Source: Ignavibacteriota bacterium (GTDB lineage Bacteria > Bacteroidota > Ignavibacteria > UBA10030 > UBA6906). Taken from it: DNA of 64,000 nt. The translations under genes and the position numbers were made by a program. The DNA lies in the NCBI GenBank assembly GCA_963801355.1, contig CAWDEM010000008.1, forward strand, positions 1,120,001 through 1,184,000, given 5' to 3'. This document shows positions 56,761 to 64,000 of this stretch, in pieces. The notes under the pieces were generated by a model. That model did not search any database and had not been told where the DNA came from. It worked only from the letters and a program-made list of their open reading frames with translations. Positions within the stretch are counted from its first letter, which is position 1. Each line of letters begins with the position of its first letter.

Positions 56761-59715
56761 TCAGTACTCGAGCCTCAAACCGAGGCGAATTTGGCGGGGT
56801 GGGCCGAAGAGATAGGGGTCGTTGAAGTATCCAGAAGGCCGGACGTACGACAGATTCACCAGCCGATAGACGTCCGCATACTGCGGACCATATTTTTGGA
56901 GCAATGCTGAGCTCAGGTCAGGGTTACTCAGGTAACCGTCATCGTCGGCGCTTCCAGTTCGCGACCATACATTGAGCACGTTCCGGTTGTCGAAGAGATT
57001 GATGACGTACAGGGAGATTGTCCAGGCCAGATGGTCTGTGAACCGGATCGTTTTATCCAGACGCAAATCGAATTGGAAGACCCATGGAGTGGTCGATGAG
57101 TTCAACGCCTCGATCGGCCTGCGGTCGCGGGCATAGAATTCATCTGAGTTTGCCGATGAGCGGGTATAGGGATGCCCGCTGTTGAACGTAAAGAGGAGCG
57201 ACGCACCCAGTTCGCTGAGGATGGGACCTCCATCGTCTTTTGCGAATCTGTAATCAACGGATAAATTTCCCCGCACGGCGTTCATGTAGCTGAGGGGGGA
57301 TATGTAGTATGGGGTGAAGGCAGTGTCGGTGCCTGCACCGATGATTCCCCAGTTCGAATTCGGAAATGAACCGGAGCCCCGCGCATCCTGCAAGGAGAGC
57401 GAACCGTTTACCATAAGCCGTTTGTATCTCCGCATAGCGAACATCAACTCGAGCCCTTTTGTCGTCGCGAAGTCCCCGTTGGCATAGGCACCATAGGTGA
57501 TGTACTGGGAAGTGCGGTCGGTTTCTATCACTCTCATCATTATCTGATCCTTGATGTCCTTGTAGTAGCCGGTCACGTCAACCGAGGCGAAATCACCAAT
57601 CTGCTGTGTGAAACCGATCTCGTACTGTGTCGTTCGTTCCGGACGGAGGTCAAACCCAATTGGCGTGGCCGAGTTCGTGAAGATGGAGTAACTGTAAAGG
57701 CCGACATTGATATCCCTCAATCCGGACTGCTGTACGAGCTTGGAATACTGGACGTGAAACACTGTGAGATCTGAAACAGGATAGGCGATGCCGAGACGCG
57801 GAGTGACACTGTGGAACGGAGTGGATTTTCGAAGGCCGTCGGGCTTGATGGCATTGGTATAGAAATCCCGTGTGAGCTCGGGACGGCTGGGGTCGACCGG
57901 CACATACGCTGCTGTGTTTATGTAGTCGTAGCGCAGGCCAATATTCAGAACGAGATCGTTGAACTCCATCCTGTCCTGAATGTACCCCGAGGCAAACACG
58001 GGATGCCTGGGTCCCTGGAAATCATCGCCTTCATACAGGTTTCCGAGAACGTCATAGCCGTAGTTGTTCACCATGAAGTTCCAGATCATGATCTGTTCCA
58101 AAGTCCTCTTCGAGGGATCTCCATCAGCGAGGGCGGCGTTCTGTGCTACGATCCGGCCCAGTACCCGGAGGCCGCCAATCGAGTATGTGCGGATGGTGTA
58201 CCGTTGGAAGTCGCCTCCGAGTTTGACCGTGTGGTAGTCACCAAGGATCGCCGACAACGCAGCATTGAGTGAGATATTCGATCGTCGAAGTTGTATGTAG
58301 TCTGAGATGGGCTGCGTGGGCGCGGCGAAGTAGTAGCCGTAGACAGTTCTAAAGTAGGGAGGCACATAGCGTCCCGTTTGCTGGTCCCCGGGACGACGGT
58401 ACCATGTCACGCCGGCCTCCGCGTTGGCAACGCTGTCTCCGTACCCCCAGAAATTATCCCGCAGTATGGGATCGTACGTTTTGGAGGAATAACCGAACCA
58501 TCCTCCGCTGATCTCTCCGAAGATTTTTGGTGTGAAGAAACAGGTTGCCTTCAACGATCCGAATCCGTCGAGATCAGTCTTCTCCGGAATCCGGGACCGA
58601 TCATCGCCAGGCCAAAAGTCCCGGCCTTCAAGGGAAACATTTCTTGTGTACGACCCGGAGAACCGGAGGAGCAGCGGGTGGAAATCCAGGGCGAGTGTGC
58701 CGGTCCCGTTGTAGGTCTCCTCCGAAAATGCCAGTCGTATCCCTGCCGGATAGTTGAAATTGACGCTGTCTCCTGTACCCGGATCGATCACGGCGCCGAT
58801 GGTAGAACCCGGATACGGCTGGGGGTGTTTGTCGGCCATGTAGTTGTGATTGAATAGGCCGAACAGCTTGACCTTCTCCGACAGCACAGGAGTGCTGATC
58901 ACCGCGTTGAAGTCACTGTACCCATACCAGGTTGTGCCGAGACGCCGTTTCCCTTCCCCCCAGGATTTCTTACTGGCGAATGTGATATTGTCGGTGACAA
59001 ACTCCACCGAAGCCTTGAACTCGCTTCCGCCGGTTCTCAACTGATGCTGCACGATCCCCGCATTGGCACGGCCGTATTCAGCTTCGTACCCGGCAGACTG
59101 GACGGAGATTTCTTCAAGTGCCTGCGACGCGATCGAAATACCGCGCCCTCCGTACTGCGGGTCGGTCACGGAGACCCCTTCGAGGTAGTAGCCTGCCTCG
59201 TCGACTCTCCCGCCCCGAATATAGATGTTCCCGTCCTGGAAGTTGACACCCGGCATGAGGGAGAGGATCTCGTCGACGGACCGGACGGGGAGTGCAAGGA
59301 TCTGATCGGCTGTTGCGATCCGCACGGCGTTCGTCGCGCTCTTGTTCACCAGCGGCCGCTCGGCCACCACGGTGATCGCCTGAATGTTCACGCCTTCGCT
59401 CGGCAACGCGAACTCAGCGTCCGTGGTGAGATCGTTGAGGATACGAATGTCGGCGATTGTCACGGCAGCGTAGCCGATGTAACTTGCCTTCACCGCGTAG
59501 ACGCCGGCGGGGAGATTGATGATGCTGAATTCGCCTTGCTCATCGGCAACTGCGCCGTACTTTGACCCGAGAACAATGACACTCGCGCCGACCAGCGGGT
59601 CTTCGGTGACCCTGTCGATGACCCTGCCTTTTATCTTTCCTGCAGCGACTCCTTCTACCGTCACTGCAACTACGAGAATCAGCCCAAGGAGTATTACTGC
59701 CACGGTTCGTCGCAT
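56761..59715 (-). CDS. TonB-dependent receptor with N-terminal carboxypeptidase-regulatory-like domain
   Basis: GKIKGRVID...PLVGASV; plug motifs (PGV, IRGGR, GYEAEYG); LRPERTTQYEIG; C-terminal PRQIRLGLRLEY. Confidence 0.92.
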   Translation of the reverse strand: MRRTVAVILLGLILVVAVTVEGVAAGKIKGRVIDRVTEDPLVGASVIVLGSKYGAVADEQGEFSIINLPAGVYAVKASYIGYAAVTIADIRILNDLTTDAEFALPSEGVNIQAITVVAERPLVNKSATNAVRIATADQILALPVRSVDEILSLMPGVNFQDGNIYIRGGRVDEAGYYLEGVSVTDPQYGGRGISIASQALEEISVQSAGYEAEYGRANAGIVQHQLRTGGSEFKASVEFVTDNITFASKKSWGEGKRRLGTTWYGYSDFNAVISTPVLSEKVKLFGLFNHNYMADKHPQPYPGSTIGAVIDPGTGDSVNFNYPAGIRLAFSEETYNGTGTLALDFHPLLLRFSGSYTRNVSLEGRDFWPGDDRSRIPEKTDLDGFGSLKATCFFTPKIFGEISGGWFGYSSKTYDPILRDNFWGYGDSVANAEAGVTWYRRPGDQQTGRYVPPYFRTVYGYYFAAPTQPISDYIQLRRSNISLNAALSAILGDYHTVKLGGDFQRYTIRTYSIGGLRVLGRIVAQNAALADGDPSKRTLEQIMIWNFMVNNYGYDVLGNLYEGDDFQGPRHPVFASGYIQDRMEFNDLVLNIGLRYDYINTAAYVPVDPSRPELTRDFYTNAIKPDGLRKSTPFHSVTPRLGIAYPVSDLTVFHVQYSKLVQQSGLRDINVGLYSYSIFTNSATPIGFDLRPERTTQYEIGFTQQIGDFASVDVTGYYKDIKDQIMMRVIETDRTSQYITYGAYANGDFATTKGLELMFAMRRYKRLMVNGSLSLQDARGSGSFPNSNWGIIGAGTDTAFTPYYISPLSYMNAVRGNLSVDYRFAKDDGGPILSELGASLLFTFNSGHPYTRSSANSDEFYARDRRPIEALNSSTTPWVFQFDLRLDKTIRFTDHLAWTISLYVINLFDNRNVLNVWSRTGSADDDGYLSNPDLSSALLQKYGPQYADVYRLVNLSYVRPSGYFNDPYLFGPPRQIRLGLRLEY

Positions 59716-59764
59716 GGTGATATCCTCCCGGATGAACGTGTGTCAACAAGACTCATCGACCGGC

Positions 59765-62700
59765 CTAACCGCGTTTTAGTTTCACCAATCTTGCCCTTGC
59801 GTCCGCCGGCTCCTTGTAGATCGGGTCGGCTTTCCCCCAGATTTTGAGAAACTTTTCGTGCTCGGTGACAGCTTTCTCCTTCATCCCCGCCTGTTCGTAG
59901 ACCAGTGCCAGCCGGTAGTGGTAGCGCGGGATGATCGGGAAGAAGGGTTCGACTTCATGGGAGACTGCTCTCTCGTATGCGGCGATGGCACTATCCAGGT
60001 TCCCCAGCGCGACATAGGCCCGGGGATAGGGATCCTGAGGGAGCGGAAGTACCCGAAACTGGACCGCGACCCCGCTTTTCAAGACGTCTGGTCGACTCGC
60101 CCCGTAATGCATCTGGCGTACTGCGGGCATAGCTTCCAACGCTTCAGCAGGACGACCACGTTTCAGGAGCAACTCTCCGCGTAGCAACCCTCCCAGCTCG
60201 GTGTAGTTTGCCTTCACGAAACCTACGCTACCCAGCGTTGAATCAGCAGACTTGTACGGAGAAGCCAGTTTGTCGATCAGCGACAGTCTCGACTCCACCG
60301 AATCGAGCTGCCCTGCCTTCATATCCATGAATCCAAGGAAGAAGTTGAGTTTGATTTGTCTTGCCGCAGTTAGCGCGGTATCAAGAGTAAAGGAGCGGCT
60401 TCTGGTCCACCATGAACGAAGAAGATCACGCGCTTCTTTCACTTTGTCCCGATCGCACAGAATCCACGGTTCGATAGGATCCACGGTTTGTTCGACTTTG
60501 TGATGTTCGTCTCTCAATCCCGCGCTGACCATCAGCTTTTGGGCAGCCCGCAGTTCTCCCTCCGCATCCTTGACTCTTCCCAACCAGAAGAGGTAATACG
60601 CCTTCGCACTCATCTGGTTGGCGCGAATCGCGGGTGCGGGAGAGATCACGATTGAACTGTCGACCCATCGGAGGGCTTCGCTGTAGTCTTCTCTATTGAA
60701 GCTGATCCTGGCGATGCTCATGGCTGACGAAACGAAATCCGGCTTCACCGCGAGCGATTGCTTGTACGCATCGATCGCCTCTGCTTCCTTACCGTTGTAC
60801 GTATATATATCTCCCATACTGTCATACGGATTGGCGTTGCCCGGGTGCGCAGACATGTATCTCTTCAGTGTCTCGATGGCCTTTGCGAGCTCGCCTTTGG
60901 CGTTGTATTCATACGCGAGCATGTTCAGGGCGCCCGCCGATCTGGGATCGAGCTCCAGTGTCTTCGTGTAGGCTGCGATTGCTTCGTCAGTGAGGCCTCG
61001 AGCCGAAAGTGAGAAACCGAGGACCTCCCAAAACTCCTTTTCTCTCGGAAACCGTTCCGTGGCATATCTGCTAAACTCCAGGTCGTCGATGGATCTTCCT
61101 CCCATCACCTCTCTCCTGGCAACCGTATCGTACATGGCGATCAAAAGTCTTTCCTTCTCTGTGGCTTTCAGGGCCAGTGATCTCACTTTCTTCCTGCATA
61201 ACTCTATTGCACTTTCGTCCCCCATTACCTCGCATGCCGTCTTCAGCCAGATCCACGCCATGACGAAATTAGAATCGTGCTTCACTGCCAGCTCGAGGCT
61301 TGGTCTGCCATGCACCCAGTCGGCATCGTCGGTTTTTTCCCGTGCGGCCAGGTAGATCTGGTAGGCCTCGGGCGAGCTTGTGGTCACATCCGCGATCGGT
61401 CGCAGCGTCTCTTCCGTAGTCTTGCGTCTGATCCCGAATCCATTTGAGATGTCTTTGCTCAGCTTATCGATCTGCGTGAGGAGGTAGCTCTCTACACCCT
61501 GACCATTTGCGGTGCACGTATTCAACGGTTGAAGCGTTGCAGTATTCACGAGCCTCGCCGTTGTTGCAAACAGGTCCCCTGCTTTCGTGTAACTCCCTTC
61601 CACAATCACCTCGGCTCCCTCCCTCCGGCACAACTCCAGCCCCAGCGAGTGATCTACCCGTTCTGTCCCCTGCTTCCCCATCTGTTTCAGAAGATCCGTG
61701 ATCCTCTGCCGGGTCACCACCCGGAAGTACTTCGACTGCTCAAGACTCGTGATCAGTTGATCCTGAATCGAGATCTGCAAGTTGTCAAGGTCACTACTCC
61801 CCGTCTGGTTTTCGAATGGGAGAATGAGGATCGTCTTAGGGTTCGAGGCAAGAGCACTCTCCTGCAGAACGGGGGAGAGGAGGAGATACGCGACAGCGGC
61901 AATCACCACAATAGCGGCTCCTATGCCGACCCTCACCAGTGTTCTTCGTCGCGCAGCCTTCTTCGCCAGTTGTCCAGCAAGCGTCACCCCGCCAGTCTCT
62001 TCGCCCCCCTTGACAGCTTCCAGATCTGCAAGCAACTCATCAGCCGTTTGGTACCTTGCCTCCGGCTCCTTTGCCAGAGCCTTCTGGACAATCTGCTCGA
62101 GTGATAGAGAGATACCGGGCCTGACCTGACCCGGTGGAGGTGGTTCCTGATTCAGAATGGCGTACAGGAGGGCTTGTTCATTTTCGAATTTGAATGGAGC
62201 GCGGCCGGTGAGCATCTCGTAGAGCACCACGCCCACAGACCAGAGGTCAGATCTCTGATCAACGGCCTCACTCCTGGCCTGCTCCGGTGACATATAGGCA
62301 GCCGTTCCCAGTGTGGTGCCAGTCCTTGTGAGGCGTGTCTGTCCGGCAAGCTTTGCCAGTCCGAAGTCAAGAACCTTCACCTCGCCCCGTTTGGTGAGCA
62401 TGATATTGGCCGGTTTGATATCCCGGTGAATGATGCCGGCCTCGTGGGCACGCGAAAGCCCTCGACAGATCTGCACTGCAATATCGATGGCACGGTCGAC
62501 GCTCAGAGGGCCATGCTCGAGCGCATCCTTGAGCGTTTCACCCTCATAGAAATCCATGCAAATGAACAACTGGTCGTCGGTAGTCTCGCCAATGTCGTGG
62601 ATGGTGCAGAGATTGGCGTGCTGCAGTGCGGAGGCAGCCTGTGCTTCGTGCAGGAGCCGTTGCTTCGCCTCAGGGTCCAGTGTAAACTCTGGAGGGAGAA

Positions 62701-62824
62701 ACTTGAGGGCGACAGTACGCTTGAGTGCGGTGTCCTCGGCCTTATAGACCACGCCCATTCCGCCACCGCCCAACCTCTCGATGATCCTGTAATGCGAGAT
62801 CACCTGGCCGATTCTGACACTCAT
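59765..62824 (-). CDS. Transmembrane Hanks-type Ser/Thr kinase with extracytoplasmic TPR region (paralog of 49262-52336)
   Basis: Kinase motifs, TM VGIGAAIVVIAAVAYLLL, ILILPFEN, TPRs and the shared C-terminal tail. Confidence 0.92.
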   Translation of the reverse strand: MSVRIGQVISHYRIIERLGGGGMGVVYKAEDTALKRTVALKFLPPEFTLDPEAKQRLLHEAQAASALQHANLCTIHDIGETTDDQLFICMDFYEGETLKDALEHGPLSVDRAIDIAVQICRGLSRAHEAGIIHRDIKPANIMLTKRGEVKVLDFGLAKLAGQTRLTRTGTTLGTAAYMSPEQARSEAVDQRSDLWSVGVVLYEMLTGRAPFKFENEQALLYAILNQEPPPPGQVRPGISLSLEQIVQKALAKEPEARYQTADELLADLEAVKGGEETGGVTLAGQLAKKAARRRTLVRVGIGAAIVVIAAVAYLLLSPVLQESALASNPKTILILPFENQTGSSDLDNLQISIQDQLITSLEQSKYFRVVTRQRITDLLKQMGKQGTERVDHSLGLELCRREGAEVIVEGSYTKAGDLFATTARLVNTATLQPLNTCTANGQGVESYLLTQIDKLSKDISNGFGIRRKTTEETLRPIADVTTSSPEAYQIYLAAREKTDDADWVHGRPSLELAVKHDSNFVMAWIWLKTACEVMGDESAIELCRKKVRSLALKATEKERLLIAMYDTVARREVMGGRSIDDLEFSRYATERFPREKEFWEVLGFSLSARGLTDEAIAAYTKTLELDPRSAGALNMLAYEYNAKGELAKAIETLKRYMSAHPGNANPYDSMGDIYTYNGKEAEAIDAYKQSLAVKPDFVSSAMSIARISFNREDYSEALRWVDSSIVISPAPAIRANQMSAKAYYLFWLGRVKDAEGELRAAQKLMVSAGLRDEHHKVEQTVDPIEPWILCDRDKVKEARDLLRSWWTRSRSFTLDTALTAARQIKLNFFLGFMDMKAGQLDSVESRLSLIDKLASPYKSADSTLGSVGFVKANYTELGGLLRGELLLKRGRPAEALEAMPAVRQMHYGASRPDVLKSGVAVQFRVLPLPQDPYPRAYVALGNLDSAIAAYERAVSHEVEPFFPIIPRYHYRLALVYEQAGMKEKAVTEHEKFLKIWGKADPIYKEPADARARLVKLKRG

Positions 62825-62987
62825 CAGGGGATCCTCTCAGGCTGATTCGATCCACAGTAATCGATCAACGATCCACAATTGTGGATCGCTTCGTGCAGGA
62901 TTGTTGAGCCCATCGTGGTTAGTCTTTTTCCCATCGTCGAAGCTGCCATACTTCTCCCGCTATCCGACGTGAGTCTTTTCTTGCTCT

Positions 62988-63998
62988 CTATAAGCGCCTC
63001 AATCTGGCCAGCCTTGCCCTCGCATCCGCCGGCTCCTTGTAGATTGGGTCGGCCTTCCTCCAGATCTTCAGGAACTTCTCATATTCGGCGATGGCTTTTG
63101 TGTTCAACCCTTTCCGTTCGTACACCTGGGCCAGTCGGTAGTGGTAACGGGGGAAGATCGGCCAGTCACAGAGCGAATGGTCGACCGCCCTTTCGTACGC
63201 TGCCACAGAGCTGTCGAGCTGACCCAGGGCAAGGTATGCCCGGGGCAATTGGTCGACCATGATAGGCATGAAGAACCCATGTGGGCGGACCTCTTGAACG
63301 CCGGGGAAGAACGCCCATCCCAACGCCCAGACAGGCCCGCTCGCGAGGTCGCGAGGATCATCTCTTGGTCTAGCGGCCACTGCTTCCTGGATGCGACCAG
63401 CTGTCATGAGCCATTCACTCCGCAACCGGAGGCTGTACTTTTGGTAGTACGAAATGATGAGCCTGGCTGGATTCGTCGTGTCGGCCGGGGGGATCTGTGC
63501 ACGTATGCTATCCATTCCTGCAAGATGGGTGGCGGCGGAATCCATCCTCCCTTCTCCGATATCAATGAAGCCGCGGCATATCTGAACAAACAACTCCCGG
63601 GTACGACGATTTCCTCTACGACCCCGTTGTTCATAATAGGCTGCCCACGAATCGAGTGCGCGCCGGCTCTGGGCGAATTGTCGCCGTTCGTAGGCAATCC
63701 AAATGTCGAGGAAGTTGAGCCCATATTCGACGTGCTGACCGGCTCTGACCAGTATCGCATCGTGCTTCGCGAGCAATCTCTCCGCTTCGTTCAGCCTCCC
63801 CCGCCAGAAGGCGACGAGGGCGCGTTCCCACATCTGGCCTGCCTGATTTCCGGGACCCGTGCCCCTGGCGGCGGAGGTGTCCACCCACTGAAGTGCGGTA
63901 TCGTACTCTTCCTTTGTGAAATGGTACCACATGATCTTCTCCGCTGACACAAACCAGTTGGGTTTCACCGCCAGAGCTTGTTTGTAACTCGATATTGC
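62988..63998 (-). CDS. C-terminal TPR part of a probable third paralogous transmembrane kinase (5' end outside the window)
   Basis: Frame open to the window edge; tail PRYHYRLA...FLKIWRKADPIYKEPADARARLARL matches the two complete paralogs. The kinase domain itself is not visible. Confidence 0.75.
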   Translation of the reverse strand, partial: AISSYKQALAVKPNWFVSAEKIMWYHFTKEEYDTALQWVDTSAARGTGPGNQAGQMWERALVAFWRGRLNEAERLLAKHDAILVRAGQHVEYGLNFLDIWIAYERRQFAQSRRALDSWAAYYEQRGRRGNRRTRELFVQICRGFIDIGEGRMDSAATHLAGMDSIRAQIPPADTTNPARLIISYYQKYSLRLRSEWLMTAGRIQEAVAARPRDDPRDLASGPVWALGWAFFPGVQEVRPHGFFMPIMVDQLPRAYLALGQLDSSVAAYERAVDHSLCDWPIFPRYHYRLAQVYERKGLNTKAIAEYEKFLKIWRKADPIYKEPADARARLARLRRL

Positions 63999-64000
63999 CT

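Noticed and set aside
49262-63165. Similar 3' ends of the kinases (and the Kelch duplication) as DGR template/variable repeats
   Set aside because: No reverse transcriptase is in the window, all copies are coding, and the differences are not obviously adenine-specific.

Overview
Gene-dense window from a bacterium of the FCB/Ignavibacteria type. This placement is inferred from many secreted proteins ending in a 'QNYPNPFNP...' T9SS type-A sorting domain, a PorV/PorQ-family barrel, canonical TTGACA-N17 promoters and AGGAGG ribosome-binding sites. Highlights: (1) a hidden, probably exported selenoprotein. Two ORF-track entries (31748-31954 and 31967-33331) are one in-frame gene with UGA in a thioredoxin U-G-G-C motif, followed by a bacterial SECIS-like hairpin; the thioredoxin domain is fused to TPRs and the gene sits next to a DsbD N-domain gene. 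(2) An HgcB-like mercury-methylation ferredoxin at the left edge. (3) A 45-bp imperfect palindrome inserted in frame at the same site in three different T9SS sorting domains. (4) A ~21-kb minus-strand signalling array: four Hanks-type Ser/Thr kinase-TPR genes plus a partial fifth paralog, a GAF sigma-54 activator, and a TonB-dependent receptor / T9SS cargo / PorV-like trio. It is followed by a putative sigma-54 promoter in front of secreted beta-propeller proteins. Also present: ggt, two radical SAM enzymes, Xaa-Pro aminopeptidase, a frameshifted hybrid two-component system, an M16 peptidase pair, rsgA, an AHL-lactonase-like hydrolase, and decayed toxin-antitoxin and integrase remnants. No rRNA, tRNA or CRISPR array was recognised. 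All calls come from reading the sequence; no database searches were run.
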